From contig CBDBDQ010000005.1 of the NCBI GenBank assembly GCA_965203905.1, positions 4,800,001 through 4,864,000 on the forward strand: a DNA stretch of 64,000 bases, read 5' to 3'. Origin of the DNA: Spirochaetia bacterium. Lineage in GTDB: Bacteria; Spirochaetota; Spirochaetia; SZUA-6; Bin103. The notes beneath the pieces were generated by a model. That model was not told the origin of the DNA. It saw only the letters and a program-made list of their open reading frames with translations, and made no database searches. Shown here one piece after another: positions 40,403-49,225 of this stretch. The stretch's first letter is position 1. The number at the start of each line of letters is the position of its first letter. Both the position numbers and the translations under genes were made by a program.

Positions 40403-42304
40403 ATGAGTCAGTACGGTCACACCGTGCCATGGAAGACGATGAAAACCGATACCCAAGCATCGCCCGGCGGGCGGCTTTTTCGGACCAGTCATGCATTACG
40501 AAACTGTAGACTATGGGTTGCGGTAATGATCGGGTTCGCGCTGGCCGCAACCGGCGCCTGGGCGTCGCCCGCCGGCGAGGAAGCGGCCGCTGCTGCGGAC
40601 AAGCCGATGGTGACCGACCCGACGACCGGAAAAATGGTCACCGCACCCGAGTACGGCGGCACGTTTACCTACGCGTACGCTTTGTTCGGTAAGAACACCG
40701 ACCCGTCGATCGAGGGGGGCTGGGCGGGCTTTCAGCTCTCCGGGGTCAACGAGAATCTCGTGCAGGGAGACTGGGGGCTGCCGCGGGACGAGTTCGGTTT
40801 CACCGGGAACTACGTGCCGACCTCGGTCTTCCGCGGTAACCTGGCCGCGAGTTGGGAGCAGCCGGACAACCGGACGTTCATCGTCCAGATCAAACCGGGC
40901 ATTCACTGGCACGACAAGGCGCCGATGAACGGGCGCGAGCTCACCGCCGACGACGTGGCGTGGGCCTACCGCCGCCATAGCGGCCTGCTCGACTTCAGGC
41001 CCGAGTACACCGCAACGCTCTTCGGGTTGCCGTGGGAGTCCATCGAGGCCCCCGACAAGTACACGGTCGTGTTCAAGCTCACCGAGCCGAGCCTCGGCAT
41101 GGTCCGTGCGATCCTGGCGGAGAACACCGCATGGGTGCTGCCTCGCGAGGTCATCGAACAGCACGGTGACTACACCGACTGGCGGAACGTAGTCGGCACC
41201 GGGCCGTTCATGCTGACCGAGCACGTCGAGGAAGTCTCGATGACCAGGACGCGTAATCCCAACTACCACGGCTTCGACGAGAAGTATCCGGACAACCGGC
41301 TGCCATACGTCGACGAGGTGAAGGCCCTGTTCATGGAAGAGGCGGCGACCCGCCTCGCCGCCATGCGCACCGGCCAGATCGACATGATTCACCGTTTCGG
41401 CGGCGGCACCACGATCGGTAAAGTCGAGGTGGTCAATGCGTTGCTGGGCACAAATCCCGACATCCAGGTGGGCACCTACTTCCAGCGTGCGCTGCAAGTG
41501 TCCGGTTTGAACATCCGTAAGCCGCCGTTCGACGACATCCGCGTGCGCCAGGCAATGCAGATGGCTCTCGACCGCGATGCGATCAACGACAGCTACTATG
41601 GCGGGTTCGCGCAACGGAAGCCTTCAGGCTATTTCGGAGACGCCAGTGGCCCCGTTTACACCCCATTCGAAGAGTGGCCACAGGAGCTCCAGGACGCATA
41701 CAGCTACAACCCGGAGGAGGCCGAGCAATTGCTCGACGAGGCCGGCTACCCGCGCGGCGCGGACGGGGTGCGCTTCGAGGTCACCTACGACTTCCGCAAC
41801 ATTGAAGTCATCGACCTGGGCTACGTCGAAATCGCAGCCGGCTACTGGAAGGAGATTGGCGTGGAGGTGGAGATCACCCTCCACGATACCGGCAGTTGGG
41901 TCCCTCGCCGCGTCGACGGGCTCTACGACATGACCACCGGCGATCAAGCCTGGGATCAGGACGTCAGCACGATTTTCGGCTGGTACGGCAATCTCGTGGA
42001 AGGACGGAAGAGTCATTTGACAGAGTATCTTGGCGGGGTTCCCGACCCCACCCTGATTCGGCTCTATCATGCGTTCAACGCCGCGACCGAAGAGTCGGAG
42101 CAGATACGAATTGCGAAAGAGTTCGACCTGTACGCCCTTTCTCAGCATTTTCAGGTATTCGGCTTCAAGTCGCCCCAATACCAGGTGGCCCAGCCATGGG
42201 TCAAGGGCTGGAACGGCGAGTCGTTCCTGCAGGACCAGGGCGATGTCCAGGTTTTTGCCCGGCTCTGGCTCGACCGCGACCTGAAGGCGGAAATGGGGTT
42301 CTGA
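40403..42304 (+). CDS. Peptide/nickel ABC substrate-binding protein (family 5)
   Basis: PEYGGT, GNLAASWE, GIHWHDKAPMNGRELTADDV, VGTGPF, PPFDDIRVRQA; start at 40403 has AGGAG upstream. Confidence 0.92.
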   Translation: MSQYGHTVPWKTMKTDTQASPGGRLFRTSHALRNCRLWVAVMIGFALAATGAWASPAGEEAAAAADKPMVTDPTTGKMVTAPEYGGTFTYAYALFGKNTDPSIEGGWAGFQLSGVNENLVQGDWGLPRDEFGFTGNYVPTSVFRGNLAASWEQPDNRTFIVQIKPGIHWHDKAPMNGRELTADDVAWAYRRHSGLLDFRPEYTATLFGLPWESIEAPDKYTVVFKLTEPSLGMVRAILAENTAWVLPREVIEQHGDYTDWRNVVGTGPFMLTEHVEEVSMTRTRNPNYHGFDEKYPDNRLPYVDEVKALFMEEAATRLAAMRTGQIDMIHRFGGGTTIGKVEVVNALLGTNPDIQVGTYFQRALQVSGLNIRKPPFDDIRVRQAMQMALDRDAINDSYYGGFAQRKPSGYFGDASGPVYTPFEEWPQELQDAYSYNPEEAEQLLDEAGYPRGADGVRFEVTYDFRNIEVIDLGYVEIAAGYWKEIGVEVEITLHDTGSWVPRRVDGLYDMTTGDQAWDQDVSTIFGWYGNLVEGRKSHLTEYLGGVPDPTLIRLYHAFNAATEESEQIRIAKEFDLYALSQHFQVFGFKSPQYQVAQPWVKGWNGESFLQDQGDVQVFARLWLDRDLKAEMGF

Positions 42305-42334
42305 CGCGCACGCCAGCGTTGGACGTGCGAACAC

Positions 42335-42369
42335 GGGGTGGCGGGCGACAACCTGCCACCCCTTTCATT
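42335..42369 (+). terminator. Intercistronic hairpin or weak terminator after the binding-protein gene
   Basis: GGGGTGGCGGG-cgacaa-CCTGCCACCCC followed by TTTCATT. Confidence 0.6.
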
Positions 42370-42386
42370 AAAGGTGCTGAGCCGAG

Positions 42387-43358
42387 ATGCGGGCGTATGT
42401 GATCAGACGGGTTCTGCTGGTGATCCCGACCCTGTTCATCGTCACCCTCCTGGTGTTCCTGTCGGTACGCTTCATCCCCGGCGACATCATCGACGTGATG
42501 GCCGCCCGGATGACCTTCAGCGGGAGCGGCTCGATCGACGAGGAGGCTCTGAAGAAACGGCTCGGGCTCGATAAACCGGTCTACGTGCAGTACGCGAAGT
42601 GGATCGGTGACATCCTGCTGCGCGGCACCCTCGGCCACTCGCTGTACAGCGGCTCGTCGGCCGGCGCCACGGTGGAGGAGAAGCTCGCCGGTCGGGCCGG
42701 GGTAACGGTCGAGTTGGGGCTGCTGGCGATCCTCACCGGGCTCATCATCGCCGCGCCGGTCGGCATCTACTCGGCGATTCGCCAGTACACGGTGGCCGAC
42801 TACGCCGGCCGGGCGCTCGCCATCTTCGGCCTGGCGACCCCCAATTTCTGGCTGGGGCTGATGGTGATGATCTACCCGGCCATCTGGTGGGGCTGGACGC
42901 CGCCGCTGACCCACGTCCGCTTCTCCGAGGACCCCTGGGCCAATCTCGGCATTCTGATCGTTCCCGCCCTGATTCTGGGGACCTACCTGGCGGCGAGCAC
43001 CATGCGCATGACGCGCACGATGATGCTGGAGGTGCTGCGCCAGGACTACGTGCGGACCGCTTGGGCCAAGGGCCTGAAGGAGCGGAGGGTGGTGCTGCGC
43101 CACGCGGTGAAGAACGCGCTCATCCCGGTGGTGACCCTGGTGGCGCTGCAACTTCCCATCATCGCCGGCGGCTCGGTGATCATCGAGAACATCTTCAATC
43201 TGCCGGGGCTCGGGCGCCTGATGCTGACCGCCCTCAACGAGCGCGACTACCCGGTGGTTTCCGGCATCAACCTGCTGTTCGCCTCGGTGGTGGTGGTGAT
43301 CAACCTCGGCACCGACCTGACCTACGCGCTGCTGGACCCGCGGGTGCGCTATGAGTGA
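42387..43358 (+). CDS. Peptide ABC permease (DppB-like)
   Basis: RFIPGD, LGLDKP...QY, QDYVRTAWAKGL, IFNLPGLGRL, LDPRVRY. Confidence 0.93.
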   Translation: MRAYVIRRVLLVIPTLFIVTLLVFLSVRFIPGDIIDVMAARMTFSGSGSIDEEALKKRLGLDKPVYVQYAKWIGDILLRGTLGHSLYSGSSAGATVEEKLAGRAGVTVELGLLAILTGLIIAAPVGIYSAIRQYTVADYAGRALAIFGLATPNFWLGLMVMIYPAIWWGWTPPLTHVRFSEDPWANLGILIVPALILGTYLAASTMRMTRTMMLEVLRQDYVRTAWAKGLKERRVVLRHAVKNALIPVVTLVALQLPIIAGGSVIIENIFNLPGLGRLMLTALNERDYPVVSGINLLFASVVVVINLGTDLTYALLDPRVRYE

Positions 43359-44418
43359 GCCGGTCCCGGGCGATGCGGCCGGGGCCGGCCGCGCAGGCGC
43401 AGGCGGAGACGCAGGCCGTGGCGCAGGCGGTGGTGGCGGCCCAAGCGGCGGCACACGTGGCGGACCCTCCGCGGCGGGCGCCACTGCACCGGCGCGCCGG
43501 CGACTGGTGGCCAGCTTCCTGTTACGGTTGCTGAAGGAGCAGCCGCTGGGAGCCGTTGGCGCCCTCATCGTGCTGGCGTTGGTGTTGATCACCATCTTCG
43601 CCGCGCAGCTCGCGCCCTACGAATTCGACCGCGGCCGGGTGCAGGACCGGATGCAGGGTCCGTCGGCCGCGCACCTGCTGGGCACCGACCACGTCGGCCG
43701 CGACTTCCTGAGCCGCCTCATCATCGGCGCGCGCCTGTCGATCACGGTCGGGCTGGCGGCAACGTCGCTGAACGTGATCGTCGCGCTGCTGATCGGCGGC
43801 ACCACCGGCTTCGTCGGCGGCCGGCTCGACATCTACGCACAGCGGTTCGTGGACGCGTGGATGTCGTTTCCGGGGCTGCTGTTGCTGCTCACCATCATGT
43901 CGATCGCCGGGCGCGGCGTGGTGCAGATCATCGTCGTGCTCGGGGTGGCCGGCGGCATTCCCGCGTCGCGGGTGGTGCGCGGCGCGGTGATCGGGGTCAA
44001 GGAGAACGCCTACTTCCAGGCCGCGGAGGCGACCGGCGCCCGCACGCTGCGCACGCTGATCCATCACGTGCTGCCCAACATCGCGGCGCCGCTGATCGTC
44101 GTGTTCAGCATCAACGTCGGCAGCGTGATCATCGCCGAGGCGTCGCTGAGCTTCCTGGGCTTCGGCCTGCCGGCGACCGTTCCGAGCTGGGGCGGCATGC
44201 TGAGCCGCGAGGGCCGCCAGTACATGGAGATTGCGCCGCGGCTGGCGCTGTGGCCGGGCCTGTGCCTGACGGTGACGGTCTACGCCCTCAACCTGTTGGG
44301 CGACGCGGTGCGCGACCTGCTGGACCCGCGCCTGCGCGGCGCCGCCGGCCGCTACGGGGGCGGGCGCCGCCCCCGCCGCACGCCGCGCCGCCGTGGCGTG
44401 CGCCCGCGCCGTTCATAA
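43351..44418 (+). CDS. Peptide ABC permease (DppC-like)
   Basis: HLLGTDHVGRD, HVLPN, EASLSFLGFG...PSWGGML, GDAVRDLLDPR. Confidence 0.93.
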   Translation: MSEPVPGDAAGAGRAGAGGDAGRGAGGGGGPSGGTRGGPSAAGATAPARRRLVASFLLRLLKEQPLGAVGALIVLALVLITIFAAQLAPYEFDRGRVQDRMQGPSAAHLLGTDHVGRDFLSRLIIGARLSITVGLAATSLNVIVALLIGGTTGFVGGRLDIYAQRFVDAWMSFPGLLLLLTIMSIAGRGVVQIIVVLGVAGGIPASRVVRGAVIGVKENAYFQAAEATGARTLRTLIHHVLPNIAAPLIVVFSINVGSVIIAEASLSFLGFGLPATVPSWGGMLSREGRQYMEIAPRLALWPGLCLTVTVYALNLLGDAVRDLLDPRLRGAAGRYGGGRRPRRTPRRRGVRPRRS

Positions 44419-44769
44419 GCCTTGCGTAGCCGTGCCGGCGCCGGTTTTGGGGCGCTATCTCGCGGACGCTGGCTGAGCCGCCACGGCGCCGGCTGTCTCG
44501 GTTGTCAGCTTACTTTGATCTGGCTGGTTGACCCGAGTCATGTCGGCGAGTGGGGCAAACGGCCGGCCGCGCCACAGTGTCGGGCAGGCGCCGAAGATCG
44601 GCAGCTTCGAGGGCATGGGCAACGACGAGCTCACTCCGCTGTGGTGCGCGGTGGCCCATCGGCTTGACGCAGGCCAATCACTGGAGTCACAATCCAGCCG
44701 GCACCATGAATGCCGGCTTCGACGCGCTCGAGCCAACTGGACATTGGGACGGGATAGATGGGACGATGG

Positions 44770-45035
44770 GATCCGCTATCGGTGGCGCCGGCTCGGTTCA
44801 TCGCCAACCGGCATGCGGACCGCCCACGCCCTTCCCGCCGACCACAACCGCGCCGGATCCCCGCCCGCAACTGACTGCCCGCAAAACCTACCGCCGGCGT
44901 TGCCGGTCAACCACGCTCGTGACTCCCTCAACCACGGGAGGTAAAGATGATACTGAAAGAACCGCACGCGCGCGCGGCGTGAGCCGGGGTGAACCCGCTG
45001 AGTCACACGCCGCGCGCTTCACAAATTGACTCAGA
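44770..45035 (+). repeat. Conserved structured leader, copy A (homologous to 46961-47272)
   Basis: Shared blocks GGTGGC.CCGGCTC, ACCGGCATGCGG, CTGACTGCCCGCAAAACC, CCGGCGTTGCCGG, the uORF and its stems, and TTGACTCAGA. Confidence 0.85.
44947..44982 (+). CDS. Candidate leader peptide MILKEPHARAA (uORF copy 1)
   Basis: GGGAGGT Shine-Dalgarno then ATG; 11 codons; conserved at 47181-47216. Confidence 0.55.
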   Translation: MILKEPHARAA

Positions 45036-46681
45036 TCGCGCCAGGCCAAGCCTGGGAGGGGAGGAAGATGTGAAGTATGCATCAGAAACCTATCGTAGCC
45101 ACCCTGTGGGTAGCCAATCCCACCCGGTAGAGCGTAGCCGGCAGCCGGAAGCGAGTCTTGCGTTGGTCGGGGGCGACCCCGGGGACGAAGCGTAGACAGC
45201 GACCACAGAAGCCGTGTTATTGAGCCACGAAAGAATAATTGCTGGGGCCTTCGTCGTTCTGAGAGCGGGGGCAGCACCGACGTGCCGAAAACAACGGCTT
45301 GGCACGGAGGCCCGGCCGGGGTCGGAGAGCAGGGCAAATGTGGAGCGGGCGGCCCAGGAACCTGGGAGGTCTCGTTGTCTCCATGACGGGAGAGCCGGAG
45401 GGACGCCGGCGGACCAAAGTCCGGGCCTGTGCGGAGGAGCATCCGAGGAAGCACAGGAGCGAATAGACGGGTGCCGACATGGTATCGCCAAGCGAAGGCA
45501 ACGAAGCGCGGCGAGAAGGGCAGCGAGAAGTCTTAGCGCCCCCGTAGTACCGATGAAGTCGGGGAACGGTCGCCGCACCGGACCCGGCGGAGGGAAGGAG
45601 GGCGTCGAGTTGCAGAACCGTTGCGGGGAAACACGGAAGGTGCAATGGAATCTGGGAGCGTGTTAACGAAACAGCAGCGGATAGCAGAGAACGCGAGAAT
45701 CCATCCGGAAGTAGCGTTTACGTCGCTGGCGTATCATATGGATCTGGAGTGGCTGTACGAGGCCTACCGGCGCACCCGGAAGGACGGTGCAGTGGGCGTT
45801 GATGAACAGACCGCCGAGCAGTACGAGGAACACTTGGAGCAGAATCTGAGATTACTCCTGGAGCGCGCGAAGGCAGGTACGTATCGGGCACCGCCGGTGA
45901 GGCGGGTGCACATACCGAAGGGGACAAGCGGGGAAACCCGGCCCATCGGGATACCGACTTTCGAGGACAAGATACTCCAGCGGGCGGTGCAGATGCTGCT
46001 TGAGCCTCTGTACGAGCAGGACTTTTTGGACTGTTCGCATGGCTTTCGGCCCGAGCGATCGCCGCACACGGCGCTGGAGACACTCTGGAAACAGACGTTG
46101 CGGCAAGGGGGAGGATGGGTGATAGACCTGGACATACGCAAGTTCTTCGACACCCTGTCACACACCCACCTACGAACGATTCTCGGGCAGCGGATGCGGG
46201 ATGGAGTGGTTACGCGGCTTATTGGCAAGTGGCTGAAAGCCGGCGTCATGGAGAATGGCGCTGTCTCACACGCGGGGCAGGGTACGCCACAGGGCGGAGG
46301 GATATCTCCGCTACTGAGCAATATCTACCTGCACGAAGTACTCGACCAATGGTTCACCGGGGTAATGCAACGGCACCTGCGGGGACGGGCATTCCTGGTA
46401 CGATTTGCAGACGACGCGGTAATGGTATTCACCGATCGGCACGATGCCGAGCGGGTATTGAATGCACTGCCGAAGCGATTCGCAAAGTACGGGCTGACCG
46501 TTCACGAAGAGAAGACCGAGATGCTGCGGTTTGAGCCACCGGAAGGGGAAAGGGCGGGAGCACGACGGGAAAGTTTTCAGTTTCTGGGGTTCACCCACTA
46601 CTCGGGACGCTCGCGCAAGGGGAAATGGATCGTGCAGCGGAAGACCGCGAGCGACCGACTTACCCGAGCGCTACGCGCTGT
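45036..46681 (+). mobile_element. Group II intron, 3'-truncated (no domain V/VI seen)
   Basis: Typical 5' ribozyme motifs (GCGA...GAAGCGTAGACAG, TATTGAGCCACGAAA, GGAACCTGGGAG, AGAAGTC...CGTAGTACCGATGAAG..GGGGAAC) precede the RT ORF; no GAGCCG..TGCG..GAAA..CGCACGT-like domain V follows it. Confidence 0.85.
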
Positions 46682-46730
46682 ACAGTCAGCGCAGTGGCGG
46701 GTTGCCGGTGACCTTCGCTCACCCCGGTGA
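45645..46730 (+). pseudogene. ltrA: Group II intron reverse transcriptase/maturase, truncated in domain X
   Basis: AVGVD, PPVRRVHIPK, RPIGIPTFEDK, SHGFRP, DIRKFFD, GTPQGG.ISPLLSNIYL, RFADD, FQFLGFTH; homology ends at RLTRALRAV. Confidence 0.9.
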
Positions 46731-46743
46731 CCCCCACGAGTCG

Positions 46744-46772
46744 TTGACGGCGCGCCGCGCCTATGCTAGCGT
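46744..46772 (+). promoter_or_regulatory. Candidate sigma70 promoter of peptide ABC operon 2
   Basis: TTGACG-17 bp-TAGCGT with an extended TGn. Confidence 0.55.
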
Positions 46773-46960
46773 GCCTCACTTGGGGTTCGACGGATGCCGA
46801 TGAAGCGCCATGATAACAGTCAGCGCAGTAGCCGGTTGGCGGTGACGCAGCCGATGTACCCCCCCCTTACTTCTCGAACCGAGAAACAACTAACCGCTCG
46901 GGCTGATCGCCCCCTACGCGACCCCGCGCACGCCGTCGCCTTCACCACCGCCGTAGCTGT

Positions 46961-47325
46961 CGGTGGCACCGGCTCCGTCCATCGCCGAACCGGCATGCGG
47001 GGCGCCCCCACCCTTCCCGGCGGCGAGGGCAGCCGTCCCGGATCGCTGCCCGCGACTGACTGCCCGCAAAACCCACCGCCGGCGTTGCCGGCCATTCAGA
47101 CTCACTGCTGCTCAAACCACCGCCACGCGTGGCGTTGTAACGCAGATCCCGACGTAAATCTAGAGAAGAAGGAGGTTCGAATGACACTCAAAGAACCGCA
47201 CGCGCGCGCGGCGTGAGCCCGGGTGATCCCGGATGAGTCACACGCCGCGCGCTCTCAGGAAGTTGACTCAGACTTGCCGCCCGCGTTGGGCGGGCGCGAA
47301 AAGAGATCGACAACGGGAGTTGAAT
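46961..47325 (+). promoter_or_regulatory. Conserved structured leader, copy B, upstream of the binding-protein gene
   Basis: Homologous to 44770-45035; continues with the hairpin GCCCGC-gttgg-GCGGGC and the GGGAG ribosome-binding site. Confidence 0.7.
47181..47216 (+). CDS. Candidate leader peptide MTLKEPHARAA (uORF copy 2)
   Basis: AAGGAGGT Shine-Dalgarno then ATG; 10/11 residues identical to copy 1, with a synonymous change (CTG/CTC). Confidence 0.55.
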   Translation: MTLKEPHARAA

Positions 47326-49149
47326 ATGCAGATCGCAAAACTCACATGGACCTTCGCAGTAGCGTTGGTCCTGGTGCTGACCGCCACCGGCCTCTGGGCC
47401 ACTGGCACAGAAGAGCAGCCGACAGCCGCAGCTGCCGACAAGAGGAATGTCACCGACCCCGCCACCGGCCAGACGTGGACCGCGCCAGAGTATGGCGGGA
47501 CACTCACGCAGGGCGTTAGGGCCTTTCCCCCAAATAATAATAGTGACGGGTGGTCGGTTCATCCTGGCTGGGCGGCTCACCTCATCAGTGGCGTTAATGA
47601 GAAGCTAGCCTTCGTCGACTGGGGACAATCCAGGGATATATGGACAGGCACACAGCCTTGGACCGCCGAGATGTTTATAGGGAATCTGGCTGAAAGCTGG
47701 TCAACGCCCGACGACACAACGTTCATCTGGCACATCCGCCAGGGCGTTTACTGGGACAATAAGGCGCCGGTGAACGGTCGGGAGTTCGATGCCCATGACG
47801 TCGAATATAACTATCACCGCTATTTGGGTCTGGGCGATTTCACCGAAGACGGACCTAGCGCCCATCAGAGTGCTATAACTGCGTCTGGGAGAGCGGGTGT
47901 AGAGATCGAATCGGTAACAGCCACCGACAAATGGACGGTTGTTGTTAAGCTCAAGCCTCACGTCCTTGTGTTGCAGCATATGCTCAACAACTACTTGATG
48001 ATCTACGCCCCAGAGCAAATCGATGAATACGGCGACGCTAAGGATTGGAGGAACCTGGTCGGCACTGGTCCCTTCAGACTGACTGATGTCGTGGAGGGCA
48101 GCTCGGCAACCTGGGAGAAGAATCCTAACTACTGGGGCTACGACGAAAAATTCCCGGAGAACCGCTTGCCCTATATTGACAAGTTAAGGTCCTTGTTGCT
48201 ACCAGACGTGTCAGCACGTCTGGCAGCTATGCGTACGGGCAAGATTGATATGCTGAGCAACACCGGCGACGCCTATATACAATCTCTCGACGATGTAGAG
48301 AGCCTCCAGAAAACCAACCCTGAAATCGATGTGTGGCCCACTTATGCCTGGATAGCGGGCGCATTCCTTTTCAACCAGTCTCTGCCGCTCACTGCCGACG
48401 TCAATGTGCGCAAGGCACTGCAGATGTCAGTGGACCGCGAGACAATTTCCGCTACCTACTATAAGGGTTGGGGAGATCCAACACCTGGTGCGCTATTCAA
48501 TCAACGCTTTACAGGGTATTCCTGGCCAATGGAAAACTGGCCCGACGAGGTCAAGCGTGAGTATGAGTATCGACCGGATGACGCAGAAGCGTTGCTTGAT
48601 GCGGCCGGATATCCTCGCGGCGCCGACGGCTATAGGTTCAAGGTCAAGCTTGCCTATAACGAGGCGTTCGATTCGACCTATCCAGAAATCATCATGGGGT
48701 ACTTCGAAGCCATTGGCGTTGACAGCGAGCTTGTTATCCTGACTCGTGCTGAAGTAGGAGCTGCCCAAAGGGCGGACACGCACGAGTGGCACCTAGCGGA
48801 TGGGGGATGGATGGGCCTTACAACCCACTTTGGGATCGGGTCTGTAAGCCAAAACATTGATGGCTTCAGCTTCAACAAAGCGAAGGACCCGCGTATGGAG
48901 GCCCTGTATTATGCTGCCGAAGAGACTATGGACATTGAGGAGTATAAGAGTATTCAAAGACAGGCCGATGAGATCACTGTAAGGGAGCACTGGGGCCTAT
49001 CCAAACCCTTCTCCCCTATCGTTTTCGTGAGCCACCCGTGGGTCCAGGGCTATTTCGGTGAAGATTCTTTGGGAAGGGGTGAACGTAATACCTTCTTGGC
49101 CCGCCTCTGGATTGATAGTGAGCTGAAGGAAGCAATGACGGGAAATTAG
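47326..49149 (+). CDS. Peptide/nickel ABC substrate-binding protein (family 5), paralog 2
   Basis: Signal peptide MQIAKL...TGLWA, PEYGGT, GNLAESW, VGTGPF, LPYIDK, VRKALQMSVDR. Confidence 0.92.
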   Translation: MQIAKLTWTFAVALVLVLTATGLWATGTEEQPTAAAADKRNVTDPATGQTWTAPEYGGTLTQGVRAFPPNNNSDGWSVHPGWAAHLISGVNEKLAFVDWGQSRDIWTGTQPWTAEMFIGNLAESWSTPDDTTFIWHIRQGVYWDNKAPVNGREFDAHDVEYNYHRYLGLGDFTEDGPSAHQSAITASGRAGVEIESVTATDKWTVVVKLKPHVLVLQHMLNNYLMIYAPEQIDEYGDAKDWRNLVGTGPFRLTDVVEGSSATWEKNPNYWGYDEKFPENRLPYIDKLRSLLLPDVSARLAAMRTGKIDMLSNTGDAYIQSLDDVESLQKTNPEIDVWPTYAWIAGAFLFNQSLPLTADVNVRKALQMSVDRETISATYYKGWGDPTPGALFNQRFTGYSWPMENWPDEVKREYEYRPDDAEALLDAAGYPRGADGYRFKVKLAYNEAFDSTYPEIIMGYFEAIGVDSELVILTRAEVGAAQRADTHEWHLADGGWMGLTTHFGIGSVSQNIDGFSFNKAKDPRMEALYYAAEETMDIEEYKSIQRQADEITVREHWGLSKPFSPIVFVSHPWVQGYFGEDSLGRGERNTFLARLWIDSELKEAMTGN

Positions 49150-49163
49150 CAGTATACTCCTGT

Positions 49164-49205
49164 GGAGCTGGGTGGCGGTCGCTTGTGAGCGCGCTTCCCA
49201 GCTCC
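49164..49205 (+). other. Intercistronic hairpin after the binding-protein gene
   Basis: GGAGCTGGG...CCCAGCTCC with an inner stem. Confidence 0.5.
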
Positions 49206-49225
49206 CATACTTGGGGCACTAACAC

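Noticed and set aside
45645-46730. RT as a retron or defence-associated RT
   Set aside because: No VTG-type retron motif or msr/msd inverted repeats seen; the upstream RNA is intron-like.
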